DNA of 38,564 nucleotides from a bacterium (GTDB lineage Bacteria; Eisenbacteria; RBG-16-71-46), in assembly GCA_043779265.1 (NCBI GenBank), contig JAYWEM010000106.1, forward strand, positions 1-38,564, read 5' to 3'. Under the pieces are notes generated by a model. It did no database searches, was not told the origin of the DNA, and saw nothing but the letters and a program-made list of their open reading frames with translations. This document shows, piece by piece, positions 27,486 to 35,848 of this stretch; the stretch's first letter is position 1; each line of letters starts with the position of its first letter. Made by a program: the position numbers and the translations under genes.

Positions 27486-27667
27486 AAGCAGAACGGGGGA
27501 CCGTTTCCGGTCCCCCGCTCGCAAGCTGCCGCCACATACGATCAGGACATGGCCCCTCGGAACTTTCCTTGCCCTTTCACATAGTGGCGACAGTCCGATA
27601 GCGCCCGAAGGCGCGTCATGATCATCGTCACGTCAGTCCGATACGTCTTCTGCATCATCCCGACAGG
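27486..27667 (-). ncRNA. Putative sigma54-dependent structured small RNA (~180 nt)
   Basis: Bounded by a -24/-12 promoter (27678-27694) and a GAAA-capped hairpin (27491-27520). Contains a cUUCGg hairpin (27601-27614) and a long stem (27584-27593 with 27526-27535). Ends approximate. Confidence 0.55.
27491..27520 (-). terminator. Terminator-like hairpin between rnc and the minus-strand transcript
   Basis: Minus strand GAGCGGGGGACCG-GAAA-CGGTCCCCCGTTC followed by TGCTTAT (weak U-tract). Confidence 0.65.
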
Positions 27668-27677
27668 CAAACACCTC

Positions 27678-27694
27678 TGCATGTGGTGTGCCAG
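27678..27694 (-). promoter_or_regulatory. sigma54 (-24/-12) promoter
   Basis: Minus strand CTGGCACACCACATGCA = TGGCAC-N5-ATGCA with exact GG-N10-GC spacing (consensus TGGCAC-N5-TTGC). Confidence 0.7.
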
Positions 27695-27894
27695 TCCGAG
27701 TGGCGTGCCCGGTTTTCAGTTCGAACGTTGCGATATAACGCTTTAGCGATGTCCACGCATGTGAAGCATGGATTCGTGGTCAGATCCATCCGGACAAGAT
27801 GTCCGCTTCGATCGAGTCGTTGCGATTACGCCATGTCGCAACTGCAAGCAGTCGTTGAAATTAGCTGCGGTGGACGCATCGACTGGCGCAAAGG

Positions 27895-29295
27895 TCAGAA
27901 TGTCCCATCTGCAGGCTCATCCGACGAGACCTCGGCCGCGAAACGTTGGAGCGTCTTGCGCGAGATGCCGAGGACCTTGGCCGCCTCGCTCTGGTTGCCC
28001 TTCGCGTGCTCGAGCACGCGTCGGATGTAGCGGTCGCGCCAGATCTTGAGCGTCGGCAGCTCGGCGTCCTCGATCGACGGACTCGCGGTGCCGAGGTCGG
28101 AGGGCGACCCCACCAGGCGCAGCATCTCGGTCGTCACGGCGCCTGCGCCGGAACTGGCGAGCTGCGCGGCGCGCTGCATGACGTTCTCCAATTCCCGGAC
28201 ATTGCCCTTCCAACGGTGCACAAGGAGGGCTTCCATCGCCGATGGAGCGATGCGCGGGGGGATCTCGCGCCCGAGGCGGCGCGAGTAACGCGCCAGGAAG
28301 AACCTCGCGAGGCTGGGGATGTCCCCCTGCCGCTCCCGCAGCGGGGGCAGCGTGATCTCGACGACCGCGACGCGGAAGAAGAGGTCCTCGCGGAATGTCC
28401 GGTCGACGACCATCTGGCGGAGGTTGCGGTTCGTTGCGCAGATCAGGCGCACATCGACCGGGATCTCCTCGTTGGCTCCGACGCGCTTGACGCGCTGTTC
28501 CTGGAGCACGCGTAGCAGCTTGGCCTGCACGGGCAGCTCGAGTTCGCCGATCTCGTCGAGGAAGAGGCTCCCGCCCGAGGCCTGCTCGAACAAGCCGACG
28601 CGATCCTGCTGGGCCCCCGTAAAGGCGCCACGCATATGCCCGAACAGCTCGCTCTCGGCGAGCCCGCGTACGATCGAGGCGACATTGGAGACGACGAACG
28701 GCATCGCCTTTCGAGCACTCTGCTCGTGGATCATGCGCGCCACGAGTTCCTTACCGGTGCCATTCTCACCCAGCACCAGCGCACTCGCGTCGCCTCTCGC
28801 GTAACGGCTGACATCCTTGAACGTCTGCAGCATCGCCTTCGAGCTGCCGACGATCTCACGGAGGCCGTGAGTGGCGACCTCGCTCGGATCGGGCCAGTCG
28901 ATCTCCTCCTCGGGTTCGCGCATCACCCGGTGTGCTTCGATGGCCTGTTTCAGCAGCAGTCCGAGTTCGATGCGGTCGACTGGCTTGCTGAGGTAGTCGT
29001 AGGCACCTTTCGTCATCGCGCTCATGGCATCGGGGATGTTGGCGTCCCCGGTGATCAGCACGACCGGGACGTCGCCTCGACGCTCACGAAGTCGACTCAA
29101 CAGGTCGAAACCGCCCAGGCCCCGCATCTTGACGTCCGAGAGCACCACATCGAAGTGGCGCTGATCGAACTTCTCGAGCGCTTCCTCGACGCTATGGGCC
29201 TCGTCGGTCAGGTGACCGAACGTGCGCGTCATGGCGGCAAGCGCACGGGCGACGATCTCCTGATCATCGACCACGAGTACCGAGGTGGAGGGCAT
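27895..29295 (-). CDS. NtrC-family sigma54-dependent response regulator (REC-AAA+-Fis HTH)
   Basis: VLVVDDQ, VVLSDVKM, GAYDYLSKP, GENGTGKE, ESELFGH..GAFTGA, FLDEIGE, FREDLFFR, WKGNVRELEN, GNQSEAAKVLGISRKTL. Start placed at ATG 29295. Confidence 0.96.
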   Translation of the reverse strand: MPSTSVLVVDDQEIVARALAAMTRTFGHLTDEAHSVEEALEKFDQRHFDVVLSDVKMRGLGGFDLLSRLRERRGDVPVVLITGDANIPDAMSAMTKGAYDYLSKPVDRIELGLLLKQAIEAHRVMREPEEEIDWPDPSEVATHGLREIVGSSKAMLQTFKDVSRYARGDASALVLGENGTGKELVARMIHEQSARKAMPFVVSNVASIVRGLAESELFGHMRGAFTGAQQDRVGLFEQASGGSLFLDEIGELELPVQAKLLRVLQEQRVKRVGANEEIPVDVRLICATNRNLRQMVVDRTFREDLFFRVAVVEITLPPLRERQGDIPSLARFFLARYSRRLGREIPPRIAPSAMEALLVHRWKGNVRELENVMQRAAQLASSGAGAVTTEMLRLVGSPSDLGTASPSIEDAELPTLKIWRDRYIRRVLEHAKGNQSEAAKVLGISRKTLQRFAAEVSSDEPADGTF

Positions 29296-29370
29296 ACCGA
29301 GGGCTCCTGTCGGTGGGGTTGTGGGACATGTAACACGCTGGAGAACCTGCATGCTAGGCTCACCCCTCAC

Positions 29371-31035
29371 ATGAAGCCCACCCTGCTGCTTTTCCTGCTG
29401 CTGGCCGTGGCTCCCGTGACTCCCTGCGCTGGCTCGCCCCCCGAGCGGGAGGGGCCGCGGGAGGAGACGATCCGGCACTACCTCGCGGGTCGTTGGCTGG
29501 AGCGCGCGGGGGATCGTGATGGCGCCCTTGCCGAGTATTCGCGGGCCCTGGCCGCCACTCCGGACGACGCTGGGGTCCTGTTGCGCCTGGCCGAGCTCTC
29601 GACCCACGACGGTCAGCCCCTGCGTACGATCGACTATGCCGATCGGGTTCTGGCGATCGACAGTTCGGCCGCACGAGCCCATTGGCTGCGCGGTGCCGCG
29701 CTTTTCCAGTTGAGGCGGACCGAGGAGGCCTACCTCGCGCTGGAGCGGGCGGCCATCCACGGCGCCGACCAGCCCGAGATCCTCAGGACCCTCGCCCGGG
29801 TCGCCGAGTCTCTCTCCCGGACGGAGCGCGTGGCGCAAGTCTATGCGCAGATCTCCGGCGTCGAGCCCGAAGATGCCGAGGCTTGGTTCCAGCGCGCCGC
29901 CTCCGAGGCGCGACTCGGCCGATTCGCTCTCGCCGACTCACTGCTCGCTCGCTCGCTCGTGCTCGATCCGATCCGCCCGGGCGCGATCTTCCTTCGGGCA
30001 TGGGTGCACGAGAATCTCGGGCGGCTCGAGTCCTCCATCGCCGACTACCGGCAGCACTTGCAGGTGCACGTGCAGGACGATCCGACGAGGCGGCGCGTCG
30101 TGATGCTGCTCGCGCGTTCCGGCCGGATGGAGGAGGCGCTCTCGGCGGCGCGTGAGGTGGCGGAGGCCTCACCCCTTGATCCCGAGGCGTTGGTCGTGCT
30201 CGCCGATCTCGCGTACGCGAAGGGCCGTACGCGAGATGGGGCCGACGCGCTTCGCCGGATGCGAGGCACGGCACCCGACGACCCGCGACTTGTCGCGCGC
30301 AGCATCGGCGTGCTGGCGCGGCATCAGCGTCGACGAGAGGGGATCGAATTGGCGGATGCCTGGGTGAGGCGGCAGAAAGCCGAGCCGGATGCCCTGCTGC
30401 TGGCTGCTCGCGCTCATGCCGCCCTCGGGGATGCCGCGGGCGCCGCGACGCTGGCTCGACGTGCCGCGAAGGCGAGCCCCGATTCCCTCTCGATTCGCCG
30501 ACTGCTGGCGCGCGTCCTCGAGGAGGCCGGCCGGCCGGAGGAGGCCGAGGCGGAGTTCCGCTCACTGCGCCAGCGCTGGCCTACGGATATCGGCGTGCTC
30601 CTGGACCTGGGATCGCTGCGCGAGCGACGTGGCGACCTCGATGGCGCCGTCGGGGCCGGTCGGGAGGCGCTCACCTTGCGGCCCGAGGCGCATGAAGCGC
30701 AGAACTTCCTCGGCTATCTGCTCGCCGATCGCGGCCGCGACCTCGAACAGGCGCTGGCGCTGATCCGCAGCGCCCTCGAGGCCGACCCGGACAATGGCGC
30801 GTACGTGGATTCGTATGGCTGGGTGCTGTTCCGACTCGGCCGCCTCGAGGAAGCGCGCGTCCAGCTCGAACGCGCGCTCGCGCTGACGGGTGGCGATCCG
30901 GTCATCCACGAGCATCTGGGTGACGTGTACACCGCCCTGAGCCTCGCCGAGCGGGCGCGCGAGCAGTACCAGTTGAGCCTCGCTGCCGACTCCGGCAATG
31001 CCCGGGTGCGCGCCAAGCTGCAGGGGGCGCGGTGA
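29371..31035 (+). CDS. Exported tetratricopeptide-repeat protein
   Basis: Signal peptide MKPTLLLFLLLAVAP; many TPR units; conserved tail NFLGYLLADRG...DPDNGAYVDSYGWVLFRLG...DPVIHEHLGDVY. Confidence 0.88.
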   Translation: MKPTLLLFLLLAVAPVTPCAGSPPEREGPREETIRHYLAGRWLERAGDRDGALAEYSRALAATPDDAGVLLRLAELSTHDGQPLRTIDYADRVLAIDSSAARAHWLRGAALFQLRRTEEAYLALERAAIHGADQPEILRTLARVAESLSRTERVAQVYAQISGVEPEDAEAWFQRAASEARLGRFALADSLLARSLVLDPIRPGAIFLRAWVHENLGRLESSIADYRQHLQVHVQDDPTRRRVVMLLARSGRMEEALSAAREVAEASPLDPEALVVLADLAYAKGRTRDGADALRRMRGTAPDDPRLVARSIGVLARHQRRREGIELADAWVRRQKAEPDALLLAARAHAALGDAAGAATLARRAAKASPDSLSIRRLLARVLEEAGRPEEAEAEFRSLRQRWPTDIGVLLDLGSLRERRGDLDGAVGAGREALTLRPEAHEAQNFLGYLLADRGRDLEQALALIRSALEADPDNGAYVDSYGWVLFRLGRLEEARVQLERALALTGGDPVIHEHLGDVYTALSLAERAREQYQLSLAADSGNARVRAKLQGAR

Positions 31036-31097
31036 CGCGGATCGGCCAGGTCGTTGTGCGGGAGGGGTTTGTCGCTGGCCGACCGCTCCTCGGCGCG

Positions 31098-31125
31098 GGA
31101 ACCCGCCGACCGGTCCGGGGTATTA
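31098..31125 (+). promoter_or_regulatory. Candidate autoregulatory ECF promoter
   Basis: GGAACC-N16-GTATTA about 18 bp upstream of the ECF sigma ATG; fits the AAC/-35 and GT/-10 pattern of ECF promoters. Confidence 0.45.
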
Positions 31126-31143
31126 CAAGAGTGAGGCCGCCCC

Positions 31144-31770
31144 ATGGCTCCGGATCGTGAACCCCAGCTGCCCGCTCCACTGAGCCTCAGCGATGAGGAT
31201 CTCATGGCGAGGGTGGCGGAGGACGATGAGCGCGCGTTCCGCGAGCTCGTCAGTCGATTCCAGGGCCGTTTGGGCAGCCTCGTCCGCCGCATCCTCAATG
31301 ACAGCGAGGCGGTGGACGACCTGACCCAGGAAGTGTTCGTTCGCATCTTCGTCCATCGACGCAACTACCGCCGCGGTTCGAAGTTCTCGACCTGGGCGTT
31401 CACGATCGCCGCGAATCTCGCGAAGAACGAGATCCGACGTCGCGTGCGCCGCCGCAACTGGTTCTCGTTGGACGCGCTGACCGATATCTATCACGACAGC
31501 ATGCCGCAGCTCGCAGACCGCACCGAGACCCGTGAGCACACGCTCGAACGAGAGCAGCTCCAGGGCGAGGTGGGGAAGGCCATCGCCACGTTGCCGGAGA
31601 CGTTCCGGCTGGCCCTGGTCCTGCGGGACATCGAAGGGTTGTCCTACGAGGAGATCGCAGAAGTGCTCGGCGTTCCGGGCGGCACGGTGAGATCACGCAT
31701 CAACCGCGCCCGCTCGATGCTCGAGCACAGACTCCAACCACTGCTACCCGAACGGGATGGTGCATCATGA
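31144..31770 (+). CDS. ECF sigma factor (RpoE/SigW-like)
   Basis: DDLTQEVFVRIF, KFSTWAFTIA.NLAKN, LRDIEGLSYEEIAEVLGVPGGTVRSRINRAR. Confidence 0.94.
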   Translation: MAPDREPQLPAPLSLSDEDLMARVAEDDERAFRELVSRFQGRLGSLVRRILNDSEAVDDLTQEVFVRIFVHRRNYRRGSKFSTWAFTIAANLAKNEIRRRVRRRNWFSLDALTDIYHDSMPQLADRTETREHTLEREQLQGEVGKAIATLPETFRLALVLRDIEGLSYEEIAEVLGVPGGTVRSRINRARSMLEHRLQPLLPERDGAS

Positions 31771-32369
31771 GAAGCTGTCCGCAGGCACGCCATCTTTTCA
31801 GTGCCTACTGGGACGACGAGATCACGCAGGGCGAGCGCGACTGGCTCGACTCGCATCTCGCCGGTTGTGAGGGCTGCCGCGCCTCGTACAATCGGTATGC
31901 GCAGACACTCGAGGCGGTGGGCACGCTTCCGCGGCCCGAGATGGCCGTGGATCTGGCGGAGCGCGCGCTCGGCGAGGCGAAGCGCCGTCAGCGCGTGCCG
32001 GATGTGCTCGCGCAACCACAGCGCCCGACCTGGCAGCCGGTCGCGGCCGCAGCGAGTCTGGCGCTCGTCGCGCTGACCAGCATGATGCTTCTTCGCGCTC
32101 CGGGACCCTCGTCGTCTTCCGTGGCGCTCGAGAGGCCGGTCGAGCAGCCGAGGCTCGTCTCGGTCGACATACCCATGGGCTCGAGCCTCACGACTCCGGA
32201 GTCGGACGCTCATCGGGGAGTCGTCTCGAGTTCGGCATCCGACAGCTTGTTCGATCACACCGCGGACGTGGAGTTCATCCTCGATCCGGTCACGCTCCGC
32301 CGCGGCCGTGCCCACACGGCCCGTCTTCCCGACGGCGTCCAGGGTGAGCAGGCGCTGATCTCGTTCTGA
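31767..32369 (+). CDS. Zinc-finger (zf-HC2/ZAS) transmembrane anti-sigma factor
   Basis: ATGA overlap. C...SAYWDDE...HLAGCEGC (HxxxCxxC); TM VAAAASLALVALTSMMLL. Confidence 0.88.
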   Translation: MRSCPQARHLFSAYWDDEITQGERDWLDSHLAGCEGCRASYNRYAQTLEAVGTLPRPEMAVDLAERALGEAKRRQRVPDVLAQPQRPTWQPVAAAASLALVALTSMMLLRAPGPSSSSVALERPVEQPRLVSVDIPMGSSLTTPESDAHRGVVSSSASDSLFDHTADVEFILDPVTLRRGRAHTARLPDGVQGEQALISF

Positions 32370-32383
32370 CCGCAGGGGGTGGC

Positions 32384-33628
32384 TTGAGGCGACGCACGAA
32401 CGCGCACTTGGCGCTCATCGCCCGCTTCCTCACGGGAGCGGGCCGTGGCGTAAGCGTGCTGGCGCTCCTGCTGGGCTCGCTCCTCATTTCGGTCGAGCCG
32501 ATCCGGGCCCAGGGCGCACTGTCGGCGATCGAGACGGACGTCGATCGGATCGCCCGGCGAACGCGGCCGAGCATCGTCACGGTGTTCGCGCAGCGACAGG
32601 TCACCACCACGGAGGCCGGCCGAACGACGCAGACCCGCACACACAGCCGAGTCGGCAGTGGCGTCGCGATCGAGCGCTCCGAGATCCTGACCACCGCGAG
32701 CGTCGTGCTCGGCGCCGAGCGCATCTTCGTGCGCACCGACAACGGGCTCCAAGTCGAAGCGAGATTGGCTGCGCTCGATCCCGTGTTCAACGTGGCGCTG
32801 CTCGAAGTCGTCGATCTCCAGCTCCCGGCGCTGCGGCTCGCCAGTCGCCCGCCTCAGCTGGGCGACTGGATCATCGCGCTGGGATCGAGCTATCGCGCCG
32901 CCCCGACGCAGTCGGTCGGAACCGTGGCCTATCGTTTTCAGGAGCCGCGAACCAGCCTGCTGCAGCTGACCAACGAGGTCTATCCGGGCAACAGCGGCGG
33001 TGCTGCGCTCAACTCGCGCGGCGAACTGGTCGGCCTCGTGCAAGGTGAGCTGGGAACGCCCGAGGCGCCCGGCCAGGCGCGCGCCGAGCGACGACCGGGC
33101 GGCATGAGCTTCGTGATCCCGATCGAGGACCTGCTGCCCGTCTATCGCTCGTTCAAGTCCGAGGGTCGATCGCGCCACGGTTTGTTCGGAGTCTCGACTC
33201 GGGCCGCGTTCGTGGACTCCGAGAGTCAGCCCGGAACGCGCATCCCGATCGGGGCTCTCGTCGAATCGGTGGCCCCCGGCGGTCCGGCCGCCAAGCTCGG
33301 GCTGCGCAAGGGGGACCTCATCGTCGCGTTCGACGGCGAGCGCGTCGAGTACCCGGAGCAGTTGGCGCGTTGGGTCTCGCAGACCGCGCCGGGCACGTCC
33401 GTTCGAATCGTCTGGGTTCGAGATGAGTTACAGAAGGAGGGGCGAGTCACGTTGGGCGAGTCACCCGAGACCATCCCGAGTTGGATGTTCCCCGAGGGAC
33501 TCCCGAAGGCCGATGTCCGCCCCGTCGCGACGGCATCGCCTCGTCGCATCGCCGAGATCGAGGATCAGATCCGCCGTCTCTCGAGCGAACTGCAGCGGCT
33601 GAAGGGCCCCGCCGACTCGTCGCGCTGA
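32384..33628 (+). CDS. HtrA/DegP-like trypsin-fold protein with one PDZ domain and a C-terminal coiled coil; catalytic His and Asp substituted
   Basis: PSIVTV, GSGVAI, ILTTASVV, DPVFNVALL, PGNSGG; PDZ VAPGGPAAKLGLRKGDLIVAFDG. Start uncertain. Confidence 0.85.
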   Translation: MRRRTNAHLALIARFLTGAGRGVSVLALLLGSLLISVEPIRAQGALSAIETDVDRIARRTRPSIVTVFAQRQVTTTEAGRTTQTRTHSRVGSGVAIERSEILTTASVVLGAERIFVRTDNGLQVEARLAALDPVFNVALLEVVDLQLPALRLASRPPQLGDWIIALGSSYRAAPTQSVGTVAYRFQEPRTSLLQLTNEVYPGNSGGAALNSRGELVGLVQGELGTPEAPGQARAERRPGGMSFVIPIEDLLPVYRSFKSEGRSRHGLFGVSTRAAFVDSESQPGTRIPIGALVESVAPGGPAAKLGLRKGDLIVAFDGERVEYPEQLARWVSQTAPGTSVRIVWVRDELQKEGRVTLGESPETIPSWMFPEGLPKADVRPVATASPRRIAEIEDQIRRLSSELQRLKGPADSSR

Positions 33629-33652
33629 GCGCCTTCCAGTAGGGTGCGCCGC

Positions 33653-34759
33653 ATGGTCCGCGACCTGAACCTCACCGTCCCCGGGAATCCTGGCCGCTCG
33701 CGCATCCGATTCGCATCGGGCGGTCTCGAGCGACTCGGCGAGTTCGTCCAACTGACGACGCGCGCGAAGCAGGTCGTGATGGTCGCTGACTCGCGTGTCG
33801 CCAAGTTGCATGGGCGCGCCGCGATGCGGGGCCTGCTGCGAGTCGGCGTCCGCGCCACGCTCGTCTCGGTGCCCTCGGGTGAGCGCAGCAAGTCACCGGA
33901 GCGTCTGACTCGGCTGTGGAGCGCGTTCGCCGCCGAAACACTGGGGCGTGATGGCGCCGTCGTCGCGCTCGGGGGCGGCATGGCGCTCGATCTGGCCGGA
34001 TTCGCGGCGGCCACGTGGCTCCGCGGCATCCCATGGGTCGCCGTCCCGACCACCGTGCTGGCGCAGGTGGATGCCAGCGTCGGCGGCAAGACCGCGGTCG
34101 ACCTGGCGGCGGGCAAGAACCTCGCGGGGGCCTTCCATCAGCCGAGCGGCGTTCTGATGGATACCGAACTGCTCGCGACGCTTCCGGCGAGACAGCGGCG
34201 CGCTGGCCTCGCCGAGGTGCTCAAGATGGGCTTCGCCTGTGATGCGCCGCTCTTCCGGCTCTGTGAGCGCCTCGCCGAACCCCTCGATGCCGGTGACGAG
34301 GCAGCACTGGGTGAGGTCATCCTCCGCTCGGTGCGCGTCAAAGCCCGCATCGTGCGCTCGGATGAACGTGAACGTGAAGGCGGGCCCCGTACTGCGCTCA
34401 ACTTCGGCCACACGGTGGGCCATGCGCTCGAGCACACGCTCGGCTATCGCACGCTGCTTCACGGCGAGGCCGTGGCGCTGGGCATGCGGGTCGCGGCCTC
34501 GCTGTCGGTCCGCGCGGCGGGTCTCGACGCCGGTTCGCGCGTGCGGCTGGAGGCCATGCTCGACCTGTTCCGGCTTCCGGTGCTCATCCCGGGCGCACGA
34601 GCGAGTCGCTTGATCTCGGCGATGGATCAGGACAAGAAACGCGCGAATGGCCGCGTGCGCTGGGTCTTGACCCCCTCTATAGGCACTGCTACGGTCCCGC
34701 GCACCTTGGATGTCTCGCTCGTGCGCTCCGCGCTGCATGAAGCGGGTGCGCGTGTCTGA
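33653..34759 (+). CDS. aroB: 3-dehydroquinate synthase
   Basis: GERSKS, ALGGG..LDLAGF, PTTVLAQVDASVGGKT, KNLAGAFHQP, AEVLK, LNFGHTVGHALE, HGEAV. Confidence 0.95.
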   Translation: MVRDLNLTVPGNPGRSRIRFASGGLERLGEFVQLTTRAKQVVMVADSRVAKLHGRAAMRGLLRVGVRATLVSVPSGERSKSPERLTRLWSAFAAETLGRDGAVVALGGGMALDLAGFAAATWLRGIPWVAVPTTVLAQVDASVGGKTAVDLAAGKNLAGAFHQPSGVLMDTELLATLPARQRRAGLAEVLKMGFACDAPLFRLCERLAEPLDAGDEAALGEVILRSVRVKARIVRSDEREREGGPRTALNFGHTVGHALEHTLGYRTLLHGEAVALGMRVAASLSVRAAGLDAGSRVRLEAMLDLFRLPVLIPGARASRLISAMDQDKKRANGRVRWVLTPSIGTATVPRTLDVSLVRSALHEAGARV

Positions 34760-34787
34760 CGGATCCTCGAGGCGGGTCGGAGAACTC

Positions 34788-35228
34788 ATGCGAGTCCTCG
34801 TCTTGAATGGTCCCAATCTGCACGCGCTCGGGAGCCGCGAGCCGGAGATCTACGGTCGCGATACCCTGACGGACATCGAGTCCTCGCTTGAGGAGCTCGC
34901 TCGAGAACTCGGGTTCGATCTCGAGTTCCTCCAGAGTGACCACGAGGGGGTCCTGATCGACGCGCTCTACGGGGCTCGCGGACGATGTCATGGCGTCTTG
35001 ATCAACCCGGGTGGCCTCACCCACACCAGCGTCGCATTGCGGGACGCGGTGCGAGGGGCGGGGCTGCCGACTATCGAGGTGCATGTGTCCAATCCGATGA
35101 CCCGAGAGGGCTTCCGCCACCGCTCGCTCGTGTCCGGCGTCGCCCTGGGTGTGATCCAGGGGTTCGGCGCAGACAGCTATCGACTCGCCCTGCGGGGCCT
35201 CGCCGGACAGCTGATCCATGCCGGCTAA
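34788..35228 (+). CDS. aroQ: Type II 3-dehydroquinate dehydratase
   Basis: [51 protein letters not shown]. Confidence 0.96.
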   Translation: MRVLVLNGPNLHALGSREPEIYGRDTLTDIESSLEELARELGFDLEFLQSDHEGVLIDALYGARGRCHGVLINPGGLTHTSVALRDAVRGAGLPTIEVHVSNPMTREGFRHRSLVSGVALGVIQGFGADSYRLALRGLAGQLIHAG

Positions 35229-35787
35229 GCGCAAGGCCGCCAAGAAACGCGCTTCCAGCGTGAAGCCCGCCTCCCCGGCTGCCGAAACCACGGCTGGTGC
35301 GTCGGCGGGTGGGTTCGAGATCCGCGAGCTGCGTCAGCTCATCCGACTCGTCCAGCGCACCGGCATCGGCGAACTCGAGTTGTCCTCGGGGGATCGGTCG
35401 GTGCGCATCTCCGCGACTCCGTCGGGACCAGCGACCTGGGCGAGCATGCCCATGGCCGCTTCGGCTCCTGCGGCGTCCGCTCTCACGGCCGCGGCTGCAG
35501 CGTCCGAGGCGAGTGCGACGGCACCCGCGGCTGCGCCCGAGGCGAACCTGAAGGCGATCACCTCGCCGATGGTGGGTACCTTCTATCGAACGCCCGCGCC
35601 GGATGCCGACCCCTTCGCTGAGGTCGGTGACGTCGTGGAGGTCGGGCAGACGGTCTGCATCATCGAGGCCATGAAGTTGATGAACGAGATCGAATCGGAT
35701 CTCACGGGCCGCGTGGTGAAGATCCTCGTCGAGAACGCCCAGCCTGTGGAGTTCGGTCAGAAGCTCTTTCTCATCGAGCCGGTCTGA
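35218..35787 (+). CDS. accB: Biotin carboxyl carrier protein of acetyl-CoA carboxylase, with a basic N-terminal extension
   Basis: [23 protein letters not shown] (biotinylated Lys), Ala/Pro linker. Confidence 0.96.
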   Translation: MPAKRKAAKKRASSVKPASPAAETTAGASAGGFEIRELRQLIRLVQRTGIGELELSSGDRSVRISATPSGPATWASMPMAASAPAASALTAAAAASEASATAPAAAPEANLKAITSPMVGTFYRTPAPDADPFAEVGDVVEVGQTVCIIEAMKLMNEIESDLTGRVVKILVENAQPVEFGQKLFLIEPV

Positions 35788-35848
35788 CGCGCCGGCCCCG
35801 ACACGGTGTCGCGGCTGAACGGTCCCGCGCCCGCCACGAGAGGTCGAC

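Noticed and set aside
27591..27699. CAGTCCGA(TA) three times as a mini-CRISPR
   Set aside because: Repeats of 8-10 nt with uneven spacing and no cas genes; better explained as sRNA-internal motifs.
27683..28049. Plus-strand ORFs of 115 and 93 aa in the rnc-activator gap
   Set aside because: No RBS or motifs, atypical codon usage, and they overlap the activator 3' end and its putative enhancer region.
28636..29838. Mutually overlapping N-terminal extensions of the sigma54 regulator and the TPR protein
   Set aside because: Each extension is the antisense of the other gene; the real starts (29295 minus, 29371 plus) give a receiver domain and a signal peptide.
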